Source: a virus
Reading direction: 5' to 3' (one strand)
Length of the DNA stretch: 64,000 nucleotides
IMG/VR virus record: IMGVR_UViG_3300035698_004085
Coordinates: 96,001-160,000 of that record
In this document: in pieces, positions 1-10,104 of the stretch
Layout of the letters: every line of letters starts with the position of its first letter
How positions within the stretch are numbered: position 1 is the first letter of the stretch
Notes under the pieces: model-generated
The model's database searches: none
What the model was told of the DNA's origin: nothing
The model's input: only the letters and a program-made list of their open reading frames with translations
Program-made: the position numbers and the translations under genes

Positions 1-423
1 GGTGGTCCTAACAAAAAGCAGTGTAAGGGTTGTGGCAAACTGTTTGATGTTAGGGAGCTAGACGACAAAGGTAACTGCGAGGACTGTGCTCCTTCAGCTA
101 AGAACGCTAAATATCGAAGGAGTGCTCAACATGAGAAGACGCAAGAGTTTGATAAAGAGATTGATTTTGAGTTGGACGAGGATGAAGGGATATCTGAAGC
201 AGTTCCTGGAGGGAATAGCCGCTTTTATACGGATACAAAAACCCCAATTGAGCCAAGCGATAAGGTAAGATTTCCTCATTCTAAAGGTCCAATGCGTGGA
301 GTAATTGTAGAAATAAGCGAAGATGAAAACACTATAATTATTGAGTCTAAGGGTGACCAATACAGGGTTGAGGTAGATAGCGTAGAGCCACTTCCCGCAA
401 CATTCAAAAAGATGTATCGATAG
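1..423 (+). CDS. 5'-truncated hypothetical protein (CxxC...CxxC finger, C-terminal SH3/Tudor-like beta domain)
   Basis: The frame of ORF 172..423 is open back to base 1 (GGPNKKQCKGCG...NCEDC). Confidence 0.6.
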   Translation, partial: GGPNKKQCKGCGKLFDVRELDDKGNCEDCAPSAKNAKYRRSAQHEKTQEFDKEIDFELDEDEGISEAVPGGNSRFYTDTKTPIEPSDKVRFPHSKGPMRGVIVEISEDENTIIIESKGDQYRVEVDSVEPLPATFKKMYR

Positions 424-875
424 GAGTATTAGGATGAACCGCATTAATGGTATTTCAAATGAAGGTCTTCTAAGATTAAAAGCTCAACAAGGTTGGGAGC
501 CTGGAGATCGGGTCGATGAATACTCAGACGAGGAGTGGGCTAGAGTGCAAAAGGGTGAGGCACCTTTTTTGAATGAAACATTAGGCTTAGCGGTAGAGGA
601 TTTGAGCTGGAAGGTAGAGCGTCTTCCTAGTGAAGATCAGGATCTATATCAGAGTATTATGTATCGTTATGACATTAGGACCGGACCGGGTGAAACTATA
701 TCTGGGCTTGTTGACTCTTTGCCAGAAAAAGAGAAATCACAATTCCGGCAAGATATAGCTATGGCGTTTGGCGATATAGTGCCAGATTTAAAAAATAGGT
801 AGATAGGAGTATTAGGATGAAACGCATTAATGGTATTTCAAATGAAGGTCTTCTAAGATTAAAAGCTCAACAAGG
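419..875 (+). repeat. 74-bp direct repeat (419-492 and 802-875) covering RBS plus leader codons
   Basis: gataggagtattaggatgaa(c/a)cgcattaatgg...gctcaacaagg, 1 mismatch. Confidence 0.95.
434..802 (+). CDS. Acidic protein with shared N-terminal leader (putative virion internal protein)
   Basis: AGGAG RBS; N-terminus MNRINGISNEGLLRLKAQQG is shared with 817..1275. Confidence 0.7.
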   Translation: MNRINGISNEGLLRLKAQQGWEPGDRVDEYSDEEWARVQKGEAPFLNETLGLAVEDLSWKVERLPSEDQDLYQSIMYRYDIRTGPGETISGLVDSLPEKEKSQFRQDIAMAFGDIVPDLKNR

Positions 876-1275
876 AGAGCTTTCAGATCCTGAAGAAGAG
901 TCGAAGTCTATACGGCTTAGCCAGATGCTGGATTCTGAGTTAACCAAATCTACTGAAGAGCTTTATAACTCTCTTCGTGAAGCTTTTCAAGGAGTAGAGG
1001 GTGGGCGTTATTTGCAGGTTGCTGACGAGTTTGAAGCAGCTGTAGTGCAGGAGATTGAGCGTCAGTTTGAACAACTTCACGAATGGGCTGCTATTGAACT
1101 AGACGTTGATATTAACTGGAAAGACCTTCGTAGCTTATCAGAAACAGCTAAAGCTGCCTTTGATAATGCTTTTATGCAGGTATATGACTCTGGAATGACT
1201 GATAACGATTTGTATAATGTGGCTCAAGCTGCGTTTGACGAGGTTGTAAATGACCTTGAATGGTTTTTAAAGTAA
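817..1275 (+). CDS. Acidic protein with shared N-terminal leader (putative virion internal protein)
   Basis: N-terminus MKRINGISNEGLLRLKAQQG, then a body unrelated to 434..802. Confidence 0.7.
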   Translation: MKRINGISNEGLLRLKAQQGELSDPEEESKSIRLSQMLDSELTKSTEELYNSLREAFQGVEGGRYLQVADEFEAAVVQEIERQFEQLHEWAAIELDVDINWKDLRSLSETAKAAFDNAFMQVYDSGMTDNDLYNVAQAAFDEVVNDLEWFLK

Positions 1276-2486
1276 TGAAAAAAGCTCAAGAAGATAATTT
1301 AGGATATGACCAAGAGTATACAATGCTCCTATTTGGTTATGACGTAGCTATTGTACCTTCAGATATGGGTCCTGATTATTTTTATGTAACTTTACACGAG
1401 TTAGGCGCTGAAGTTTTTGGTGAGGACATCCCAATTCCGCCAATTCAGCCAAACGAAACTAACGAAGAGAGTATTAACAACGTTGCTCAAACCGCTATTG
1501 ATATGTTTGAATCTCAACGCGGAACATTAGGTGAAGGAGCAGGAGCTATGGAAGCATCTGTAAAGAAGCTAGCATTTATGTGGCAAAGTGATATGGAATC
1601 TTTCTATATGAAATTAAAAGGCACTCCTTACGAGGAAATGGCTTACAATCTTATAGAACGATATTACGAAGTAGAAGTTGAAGAAGCTGCATATGTTGAT
1701 GCTGCGAGCGATGAGCGAGCAGAGTGTGCCAATATTGAGCATCAGCTTAAAATGCTCAATCTGCAAAGAATGCAAATGTCTAAGGCAGATACTAAAGTCA
1801 TTATTATCCAGGCAACTTATAAAGAATCTTGGATAGGTGATGCAGAAGAGATTCAGCGCTTCTTAGACAAATTCATTAGCTCACCTCTTGAAGGATCTGT
1901 CGTAAAGCTAATTAGTAGCTATCTAGACCTTAAAGAAGTTATTCGTAAACAAGAAATGGGGATAGAAGATTTCTGGGAGAGTAGATCAGACATTCGTAGC
2001 CAAATGGAAAGCTTGGAAATGGAAGCTCTTCAAGTAAATGTCGTAGAGAAGATCCCAACTAGCGGTCTAGATGCTTTCCCAGCAATGGGTGAAGAGATAG
2101 CTGAGTTAATGGACGGCGTAGCAATGGACGAACCTCTTGAGCCTATGTCAGACCTAATGCCTTTTACAGCTGGCAAAGATCCTGAAGAAGAGGATGAATT
2201 TATTCCAGTAGAAGATCGCATTGAAGAGCTTGGAGAGTTTCATAAAGGTTTAGACGTTGCTGAAGTAATTCCTCCTGAGAATAAGAGCTTTGAAATCGGT
2301 GATGAAGTAAAGCTGTCTAAAGAGTTTGAAGTCTTCAATGTAGCAGGGGCTTTAACAGTGCTTTCTAAAGGCGCTCTCGGAGTTGTTGAGAGCTTAGGAG
2401 ACGGAACAGCTGAGAACTATGTAGTAAGGTTCTTAGAAGATCAGGTATGTATACCAATTCCTTCTAAAATATTAACGAAGAAATAG
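1275..2486 (+). CDS. Acidic hypothetical protein, probably virion-associated
   Basis: ATG at 1275 overlaps the upstream stop (TAATG); starts MKKAQ; very acidic. Confidence 0.6.
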   Translation: MKKAQEDNLGYDQEYTMLLFGYDVAIVPSDMGPDYFYVTLHELGAEVFGEDIPIPPIQPNETNEESINNVAQTAIDMFESQRGTLGEGAGAMEASVKKLAFMWQSDMESFYMKLKGTPYEEMAYNLIERYYEVEVEEAAYVDAASDERAECANIEHQLKMLNLQRMQMSKADTKVIIIQATYKESWIGDAEEIQRFLDKFISSPLEGSVVKLISSYLDLKEVIRKQEMGIEDFWESRSDIRSQMESLEMEALQVNVVEKIPTSGLDAFPAMGEEIAELMDGVAMDEPLEPMSDLMPFTAGKDPEEEDEFIPVEDRIEELGEFHKGLDVAEVIPPENKSFEIGDEVKLSKEFEVFNVAGALTVLSKGALGVVESLGDGTAENYVVRFLEDQVCIPIPSKILTKK

Positions 2487-2605
2487 CGGGTCGTACTCAA
2501 CTTATAGCTTTGGGTTACCGCACGTTATTCGGCAGACTTTGTAAGTTCTGTTATAGGAAAGTTTCGCTTAAAAACTGGCAATTAACGTAGATTGATAAGG
2601 AGACT

Positions 2606-5476
2606 ATGGAGCGTATGACAATTAAAACTCGTAAACATGACGTTGAAATTAAGAATACTGAAGGCGAGACAATATTTGAAAGGAAAGGTTTTGAGATACC
2701 TGAAGCTTGGGGGGATCGAGCTGCTTTGATAGTAGCCTCTAAGTATGCTACGAATTCCGAAACAAGTGCTATTCAAATTATTGATAGAGTGGTTAATACG
2801 ATAACTGCTTGGGGGATTGAGCATGACTATTTCTCTTCTCCCATAGATGCTTTAGGAAATGAAGAGAGCACAGACTATTACAAATTCAGTAAAAGTCTAA
2901 AAGAAATTCTGATAGATCAAAGAGCAGCCTTCAACACCCCCGTAAATATGAATCTAGGTGCTCCTGGACATGACCAACAGGCTGCTGCTTGCTTCTTAGG
3001 ACATGTTGAAGACACCATGGAAGATATTGCTCAACACGTTACCAGAGCAACTAAGGTTTTTAAATCAGGATCAGGCATTGGCTTAAACGTCTCAAACATA
3101 AGAGGCGAGGGTGAAAAACTCTCGAATAAGGGCAGTTCCAGCGGGATAATTTCCTTTATGAGAATGTGGGATAAAGCTAGTGGGACTGTAAAATCTGGTG
3201 GACGCTCAAGAAGGGCAGCAGTCCTATTAAGCATGGAGCCTAGTCACCCAGACATTCAAGAATTCATCCACTGTAAGTCTGATGAAGAGAAGAAAGCTAG
3301 AGTTTTAATTGACGCTGGAATATCTGTCGAAGAAGCATACTCGACAATCGATTTCCAGAATGCTAACCACTCCATTGCTGTCTCAGATAAGTTTATGAAA
3401 GCTGTAGAGAACAATGAAGACTGGGAACTTACTAATAGAGCTGATAAAAAGGTTGCGAAGGTTCTAAAAGCGCAAGATTTGTTTAATGAGGTATGCGAAC
3501 AAGCGTGGAATACTGGAGATCCCGGTCTTCAGTTTCTGGACAGAATTAATTATGACAATCCAGTGCAAGATACCGGAATCATTGAAGTAAGCAACCCTTG
3601 TCAACCTGCTGAAGCGACTGTATTGACTCCTATGGGGATAAAAACTTTTGCAGATATTGATGTAGGCTCAATTATTTGGTCTGGTAAAAATTGGACAAAT
3701 GTGGTTAAGAAAGTGGCGACAGGAGTTAAGCCTGTTTTTAAGTATAGGACAACGGCGGGTTATTTTTTAGGAACAGAGGATCATCAAGTTATTCAAAACG
3801 GAAAAAGGGTTAAAGCAAAAGAAGCTAAAACTATAGATATTGCCGAAGAGCCTATGAGTTTAAGTTCTTCGTCGGAAAAGACTTCTAAAATTGTAGAAAT
3901 AACCAAGATGGGAGATATGCCTGTCTGGGATATTACTGTAGAGTCTGAAGACCATACATACTGGACAGGTGGGCTACTTGTGTCTAATTGCGGGGAAATA
4001 TATGGCATACGATGGACTTCTTGTAACTTATGTTCAATTAATATCTTAAAGTATCTGAAAAAGGATAATACGTTTGATTTAGTAAAGCTTCAAGCTGATG
4101 TTAATTTATTGGTTATGGCTCAAGACATACTCATAGAAGGCGCGTATTACCCTACTGAGGACTTTAAGAGGGTTTCCCACAGTACTCGTCCTATAGGTTT
4201 AGGTCTGACGAACCTTGGGGCACTCCTGATGATCATGGGGTATCCTTACGATAGTGATGAGGCAAGAGGGCTTGCTAAAGATCTGTATGAGCAAATTAGT
4301 AAGTTTGCAGCTTTGCAGAGTATAGATCTGGCAAAGAAGTTTGGCAGCTTTTCTGAAATTGAAGTTGGTAAAAACAGGGAATATGTAGCTCAAGTAATGG
4401 GGAGAGTTACTGGAGACTTAGGCATTTATGATGCAGTTGTTCAACACGGGATAAGGAATTCTCAGGTAACTACTAGTATGCCCGCTGGCACCGTTTCGTT
4501 TATGTTAGACGCAGACTCAACAGGAACTGAGCCTTTATTCGCATTATCTTCGGTTAAGCAATTAACTGGCGGTGGTTTTATGGAGATAGTACCTGATTGT
4601 GTTCAAGAAGCGTTGGGTAGATTTGAAACTAAAACGGTTGGGTCACTAAGGGGTAAGCAAACAGATCTATCTGTATCAAGTTTATCAGAAGAGGATAAAA
4701 GGGTTTTCGCAACGGCTAATGAAATTTCAGTTGAAGGACATATTAGGATGATGGCAGCTCTTCAATCGAGAATTTCTTCTGGTATAAGCAAGACTGTTAA
4801 CTTACCTGCTTCAGCTACGGTTGAGGATGTTAAAAATGCTTATATGATGGCTTGGAAAGAAGGGTTAAAGGGGATCACAATTTATAGAGACGGTTCAAAG
4901 AGTATGCAACCATTAACTGCTAAGAAAGACGAGAAAGACACTGGAGTAAAAACGCTGGTCAAAAAGGATGGAGAGGAGAGGCGCACTATTAGACGAAGAC
5001 TACCTGATGAACGAAAGTCTATTACTCACAAATTTGATATTGGAGGTTTTGAAGGATATATAACAGCGGGTATGTACGAGGATGGGACTCCTGGAGAGTT
5101 GTTTATTAGGGCTTCTACTCTGGGGTCAGCTGCTAGCGGTTTATTAGACTCTTTTTCTATTGCTATTTCTATGGCTTTGCAGTATGGAGTTCCGCTAGAG
5201 CATTTGGTTGAGAAGCTTAAAAATGTAAGGTTTGAGCCTGCGGGGGTTACTAGAAATGCTCAATTGCCTATCGCTAAGAGCATTGTTTCTTATGTGTTTA
5301 CTTGGCTTGAGCGGAAGTTTTTAGAGGTTGAGGTAAAGCCTGACTCGATTCCTCCGATTGACTATGAAAAGGCTGAGCCTTCAGGGGATCTATGTACTAG
5401 TTGTGGCTCTTTAATGCAGCGTCTTGGGGGATGCTGGTACTGCAGCTCTTGTTCTAGTTCAACCGGTTGCTCGTAG
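2606..5476 (+). CDS. nrdJ: Class II (adenosylcobalamin-dependent) ribonucleotide reductase with TSCPD domain, C-terminal Zn ribbon and an intein
   Basis: Motifs AACF, KSGGRSRRAA, NP[intein]CGE, CNLCSIN, RPIGLG, PAGTVS, GISKTVN, GLKGITIYRDGSK, RRRLPDER, YEDGTPGELF. Confidence 0.93.
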   Translation: MERMTIKTRKHDVEIKNTEGETIFERKGFEIPEAWGDRAALIVASKYATNSETSAIQIIDRVVNTITAWGIEHDYFSSPIDALGNEESTDYYKFSKSLKEILIDQRAAFNTPVNMNLGAPGHDQQAAACFLGHVEDTMEDIAQHVTRATKVFKSGSGIGLNVSNIRGEGEKLSNKGSSSGIISFMRMWDKASGTVKSGGRSRRAAVLLSMEPSHPDIQEFIHCKSDEEKKARVLIDAGISVEEAYSTIDFQNANHSIAVSDKFMKAVENNEDWELTNRADKKVAKVLKAQDLFNEVCEQAWNTGDPGLQFLDRINYDNPVQDTGIIEVSNPCQPAEATVLTPMGIKTFADIDVGSIIWSGKNWTNVVKKVATGVKPVFKYRTTAGYFLGTEDHQVIQNGKRVKAKEAKTIDIAEEPMSLSSSSEKTSKIVEITKMGDMPVWDITVESEDHTYWTGGLLVSNCGEIYGIRWTSCNLCSINILKYLKKDNTFDLVKLQADVNLLVMAQDILIEGAYYPTEDFKRVSHSTRPIGLGLTNLGALLMIMGYPYDSDEARGLAKDLYEQISKFAALQSIDLAKKFGSFSEIEVGKNREYVAQVMGRVTGDLGIYDAVVQHGIRNSQVTTSMPAGTVSFMLDADSTGTEPLFALSSVKQLTGGGFMEIVPDCVQEALGRFETKTVGSLRGKQTDLSVSSLSEEDKRVFATANEISVEGHIRMMAALQSRISSGISKTVNLPASATVEDVKNAYMMAWKEGLKGITIYRDGSKSMQPLTAKKDEKDTGVKTLVKKDGEERRTIRRRLPDERKSITHKFDIGGFEGYITAGMYEDGTPGELFIRASTLGSAASGLLDSFSIAISMALQYGVPLEHLVEKLKNVRFEPAGVTRNAQLPIAKSIVSYVFTWLERKFLEVEVKPDSIPPIDYEKAEPSGDLCTSCGSLMQRLGGCWYCSSCSSSTGCS
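3599..3988 (+). mobile_element. Mini-intein (130 aa, no homing endonuclease) at the RNR active-site NP/CGE
   Basis: Starts CQPAEATVLT, block B GTEDHQV, ends VWDITVE..HTYWTGGLLVSN then C; removal restores NPCGE. Confidence 0.9.
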
Positions 5477-5610
5477 TGAAGTCTTTAGTATTTTGTGGCT
5501 TTCTTTTGGTATCCGCATAAGAGCGTTATGGAAGCCCTATACAAAAAAGCAAGTATTCTACAGGGTCCCCTCTCCTAAATAACTTTCTTTAATTTTTCTT
5601 CATATTTTTG

Positions 5611-5639
5611 TTGACAGCCGTTCTCAGGTTTGCTAAGCT
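5611..5639 (+). promoter_or_regulatory. Sigma70-type early promoter
   Basis: TTGACA-N17-TAAGCT. Confidence 0.8.
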
Positions 5640-5678
5640 GTATTCATGGCAAGGGAAACCACAACAAAGGAAAAGAAA

Positions 5679-5903
5679 ATGTCTAAACATTGTCACGCGC
5701 AAATAGAGTATTTGAATGAGGAAAAAGTTTCGGTAGAGTCGCTTGTAGGCTTTAACCCCTTGGCCAAGGATGACAGAGAATTTGTCCATGCCTTGTTGGA
5801 CGAGTTTCTGGATCATTTGGCAAGTCGATTTGACAATAACTCAGACGCAGGGGGTGAGCAGATCGATGCTCGATTCATCGTTTTTGACGGTTTTGAGAGT
5901 TGA
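5679..5903 (+). CDS. Hypothetical protein (start likely MSKHC at 5679)
   Basis: AAGGA RBS upstream of 5679. Confidence 0.55.
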   Translation: MSKHCHAQIEYLNEEKVSVESLVGFNPLAKDDREFVHALLDEFLDHLASRFDNNSDAGGEQIDARFIVFDGFES

Positions 5904-6792
5904 AAGGAAATTAAAAATGACTGATTTTCATAGTAAAATGATTAATCTTGAGATACCAAAAGGTGTATTGCCGGTTTTGGATCGTGGGGCATCTTATCGA
6001 CTTGGGCACAAAGACGCAAGGCATGCAGCAGCTGAGATTGCTTTGGAGGCTGACTCGGAGATTGAGGAGCTTCGGCTGGCTCTTCTGGGTGCTGCTAGTA
6101 CTTTGGAAATCTTTGCAAAATATTCTAGGGATTCTGAAATTGATGATGTTAAAAAAGTAGTGGAGAATATTGAAAAAGTTTTGTGGAAATAATATAGAAG
6201 GAGAAGACAAACACTAACGCAGGAACAACAAACAACGGGAGCAAGACAATGAGAAGCGTACATACCAGAATGATGAACTTTCAGTACGAGACTGGTTACG
6301 TTAAAGGGCAGGTGGACGCAAAGTGCGCAGCAGCTAAGACTTATTTGAGAGTAAATAAAGAGATCTCTTCTCTCAATTCGACGATTGAAGATCTCAAAAA
6401 GGAGCTTCACGAGGCTTATAAAGACCTTGCTGCAGCTGAGGGAGTTTAAAAATGGATGATTGTAAAATATGTGTTTATGCGGAACAGTGCGAAATCTATA
6501 ATAATTTAAAAAAGAAAAAGGACTGTATTATTCATCTTCCAGTATGGCTAGAAATAGACGGGTATATTGAGTTTGATAAGAAAGGTGTTAAAAATGAAAG
6601 ACAGGATTGAAGGGCATGGGTATAAAGCTCTTAAAAAGGCTTCGGAGATTATGGAGCATACTAAAGAGTTGAATGCTTTTAAGGTTGATACTCTGACTAA
6701 GGAGTCTAAGAGCCTTCAAGAGTACGTAGAGTATTTGGAGGATGAACTGGATAAAGCAGGAATTAATTATTACAAAAGATAGATAATAGAAC

Positions 6793-6821
6793 TTGACAAA
6801 AATGTAAAAGTGTAGTAAGTT
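6793..6821 (+). promoter_or_regulatory. Sigma70-type promoter
   Basis: TTGACA-N17-TAAGTT. Confidence 0.7.
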
Positions 6822-6874
6822 AGTGTTTACTTGGCAGCATTGCTAATAGCTTCTAAATTTAAGGAGAGATAATT

Positions 6875-7753
6875 ATGAAGGGAATTAAAGCGGTTTATAA
6901 GATTAACCACAACACCTTTGCTTCAGGTGACGTTGGAGGTTCTACTTATACAGAGTTTAAAGTTGGTGAAACCTACGAGTTAGAAGGTCCGGTTAAGCTT
7001 TGTACTAACGGGTTTCACTTTTTCCGAGAGACAGACCTTTGTTTTGGTGTTGACTTTTACAAGCAATATACCGGGAATAGTAATAAGGAAACGGTATTGT
7101 TAGAGGTTGAAGCTCTAGGAGACATTGATAGCGATACGTATAAGGTATGTACTAACAAACTAAAAATTGTCCGATATATCCCCAAAAAAGAATGGGGGAA
7201 ACTGCTGGACAATAAACATAACTCAGGGTTTAATAACTCAGGGGATAGTAACTCAGGGTATAGAAACTCAGGGGATAGTAACTCAGGGGATAGTAACTCA
7301 GGGGATAGTAACTCAGGGGATAGTAACTCAGGATCTAGTAACTCAGGGGATAGAAACTCAGGGTCTAGAAACTCAGGGTACTATAACTCAGGATATGCTA
7401 ACTCAGGGGATTGTAACTCAGGGTCTAGAAACTCAGGGAGTTATAACTCAGGGTCTAATAACTCAGGGTCTAGAAACTCAGGGAGTTATAACTCAGGGTC
7501 TAATAACTCAGGGTATTTTAACAGTAATATTCCAACTGTTGTTAGAGTGTTCAACAAAGAGTGTGCTAGAGCTATTTGGTATCAGGCGTCTAAACCTAGT
7601 TTCTTTAATAAGTTAGACATTGTTAATAACTCTTATAAAAAAGCGTGGCAAGAGGCTTATAAGGGAGCTACTAAAGAGGATAAAGACCTTCTTCAAGCTC
7701 TTCCGAACTTTGATGCGGAAATCTTTGAAGAAATTACTGGAATTAAAATTTAA
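6875..7753 (+). CDS. NSGxx pentapeptide-repeat phage protein, copy 1
   Basis: N-terminal C.NGFHF domain, 20 NSGxx units, C-terminal LPNFDAEIFEEITGI. Confidence 0.85.
   Translation: MKGIKAVYKINHNTFASGDVGGSTYTEFKVGETYELEGPVKLCTNGFHFFRETDLCFGVDFYKQYTGNSNKETVLLEVEALGDIDSDTYKVCTNKLKIVRYIPKKEWGKLLDNKHNSGFNNSGDSNSGYRNSGDSNSGDSNSGDSNSGDSNSGSSNSGDRNSGSRNSGYYNSGYANSGDCNSGSRNSGSYNSGSNNSGSRNSGSYNSGSNNSGYFNSNIPTVVRVFNKECARAIWYQASKPSFFNKLDIVNNSYKKAWQEAYKGATKEDKDLLQALPNFDAEIFEEITGIKI
7220..7519 (+). repeat. 20 x 15-bp tandem repeat AACTCAGG(G/A)N6
   Basis: Directly visible; coding. Confidence 0.95.
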
Positions 7754-7763
7754 GGAGAAAAAG

Positions 7764-8327
7764 ATGTCGGGAATGACTAAAGCAGAATTGACAAAAGAGC
7801 TGAACCGGGTTAAGAAAGATCTTACGGAGAGTCTTGCCCATATGGGAACTCAGTACGATGAACTTGAAAATCTTACGGAGTTCTGTGATGAGCAGATAGA
7901 GGCTAAAGAAGATATTCAAAGTGAGATTGAGGCTCTTAAAGGAGACTATGTTGCAATGACCCAATATTCGTCAACCAAGGAGGACGAAGTTATTGAGCTA
8001 GAGAAAGAGCTTCAGACTTGGAAGGATCGTGCGTTTACTCAAGAGTTTCTTAGAAAGAACGATAAAGAGAATAAAGATATTGTGGATGCTGAGAGATCTG
8101 CAGCTACGATTAGGTCTACCAAGTATCAGCGTCGGTTGTCGCAAGCTTTGGAAATGTTGGAGATTCTAGCTGATAAAACCAATCATAAGTTTATGCTGTG
8201 TCCTTCTTGCACTTCTGGTGTTCTGTATTCTGAGGGAGATGAGGAGTATGAGGGTCTTAGATCTGCTACTAGAGCTTCTCGTCTTTGTCCTTCTTGTCTA
8301 GCTTCAATGAAGAATCCTTGGGAGTAG
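7764..8327 (+). CDS. Coiled-coil protein with C-terminal CxxC...CxxC
   Basis: AAGGAG RBS before MSGMTK at 7764. Confidence 0.6.
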   Translation: MSGMTKAELTKELNRVKKDLTESLAHMGTQYDELENLTEFCDEQIEAKEDIQSEIEALKGDYVAMTQYSSTKEDEVIELEKELQTWKDRAFTQEFLRKNDKENKDIVDAERSAATIRSTKYQRRLSQALEMLEILADKTNHKFMLCPSCTSGVLYSEGDEEYEGLRSATRASRLCPSCLASMKNPWE

Positions 8328-8683
8328 AACTATGGATAAAGTTAATTGTAAAACCTGCGTGTATTATCGATATTGGATTTTGCACTTGTTTAATACTGGT
8401 CATAAGTGTATGGCTACGGAGCTTCCTTCACATTTTGACCCAATTGAAGGGGAAACACGTATGTTTGCAAGTTGCCGAGAAGTTAACGCAACAGGTGAGT
8501 GTAAGAAGTGGGAAGGATACCCTACGATTAATCCTGAGCGTGCGAAGCCTCAACCTTTGAAAGTTATGCGACCCTTAAAAGAAGTTGTTTTCTTCTGTTG
8601 GTTGAGTGATCTGTTCTACCCTTTGACAGAAGGATTTAAGAATACTTGGAAACAAGCTTTTCGAAATAGTGAGGCTGACCTGG

Positions 8684-9487
8684 ATGCCTAAATCATTCAT
8701 CAAGTGGGCTGGCGGAAAAGCCCAGATGCTTAAGTACATTAAGCCTCTAGTTCCAAAGTTTGACCAATATTATGAGCCATTTGTAGGTGGTGGCGCAGTC
8801 TTTTGGTCAATTTGTCCTGAAGACTATAAGAAGGCTCTTCTAAGCGATTCTAATGGAGAATTGATGACAGCGTACAAGGTTATTAGGGATGACGTAGAAG
8901 ACCTTATAACGTTGCTCAGGAAGTATCCTAATGATAAGGACTTCTTTCTCCAGATGAGAGCTATTATGCCTAATGACCTTGATCCGATTCCCAGGGCAGC
9001 TCGATTTATCTATTTGAATAAGACCTGTTTCAATGGACTTTATAGAGTTAACAAGAGTGGTGGTTTTAACTCCCCCTTTGGTAAGTATAAGAATCCTAAG
9101 ATTTGCGATGAGGATACTTTAAGATCTTGTAATAGAGCTTTGCAAGGGATTGAGCTGACTGCTACGTATTTTCAAAACGTTTTGCCAGAGGTTGAGGGGG
9201 CAAAGTCTTTTGTATATCTTGATCCGCCTTATGTTCCTATTGACAAGACAAGCTTTGTCAGTTATTCTAAAAAGGGATTTGGTCTGGAGCAGCATGAGGA
9301 GCTGGCTAAGATGATTGAAGGGATGGATAAGCGAGGGGTTAAGGTGCTTTTGTCTAATTCTGACACGGAATGGTGTAGAGAAAGATATAAAGGCTTGACA
9401 ATTACCGAGGTTCACGGTAGAAGATCAATTAACTCGAATGGTAAGGGTAGAGGAAACGTTGGAGAATTGTTGATAAGGAATTATTAA
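8684..9487 (+). CDS. dam: DNA adenine methyltransferase (Dam/D12 class)
   Basis: KWAGGK, EPFVGGGAV, FNGLYRVN, YLDPPY, SNS, ELLIRNY. Confidence 0.92.
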   Translation: MPKSFIKWAGGKAQMLKYIKPLVPKFDQYYEPFVGGGAVFWSICPEDYKKALLSDSNGELMTAYKVIRDDVEDLITLLRKYPNDKDFFLQMRAIMPNDLDPIPRAARFIYLNKTCFNGLYRVNKSGGFNSPFGKYKNPKICDEDTLRSCNRALQGIELTATYFQNVLPEVEGAKSFVYLDPPYVPIDKTSFVSYSKKGFGLEQHEELAKMIEGMDKRGVKVLLSNSDTEWCRERYKGLTITEVHGRRSINSNGKGRGNVGELLIRNY

Positions 9488-9768
9488 AATGAGTAAGCCT
9501 TCTACGTTTAAGGTGGACTGGGAAAATATTAAAGATGACTCTCTTAGTTTTCCTGATCTGAAGTTTGAGGCGTCTAAGAGAGGTCTTATTTGTGAGATCC
9601 TTATTGATCAGAAGAAGTATGTTGGAGAAGATCCAGTAGGCTATGGCTGTTCAAACAGAGCAACTATTAAAATTGGTAGTGGAGACTATGTAGCTTATGC
9701 TTGTAAGAGTTGTTCTGATCTGATTAAGAATGAGTTTGATCGTGTAACTTTTCCTTGGGAGCTATAAA

Positions 9769-10092
9769 ATGAAAAAGCCAACTAGACAACTTATTAATCG
9801 AATGCGAAAAAAGGCTAAGACAAGCCCCTGTAGGTTTAAAATAGTTGCATTTGGCTTTAATCATAAGGGTGAGTGCGTTGCTCAAGAGACAAATGCTTTC
9901 AGGTTTACCAGTAAGGGTGGAGGTTTACATGCCGAGATGGTTGTCATGAAATACGCCCAAAGGAAGAATATTAAAAGCATCTTCATTTTGAGAGTTGGCA
10001 GGGCTGGAGACATTTTGCCAATAGATCCTTGTTCAACGTGTCAAGAAAAAGCTGATGAATTGGGTATTAAGATTACAACGGTAGGAGTTTAA
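9769..10092 (+). CDS. Small zinc-dependent cytidine-deaminase-family protein
   Basis: HAE...PCxxC motif. Confidence 0.8.
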   Translation: MKKPTRQLINRMRKKAKTSPCRFKIVAFGFNHKGECVAQETNAFRFTSKGGGLHAEMVVMKYAQRKNIKSIFILRVGRAGDILPIDPCSTCQEKADELGIKITTVGV

Positions 10093-10104
10093 GGAGAGAT
10101 AATT

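Noticed and set aside
7167-7616. ORFs 7167..7616 and 10355..10831 with TQGxx repeats
   Set aside because: Shadow frames of the stop-free 15-bp repeat; no RBS
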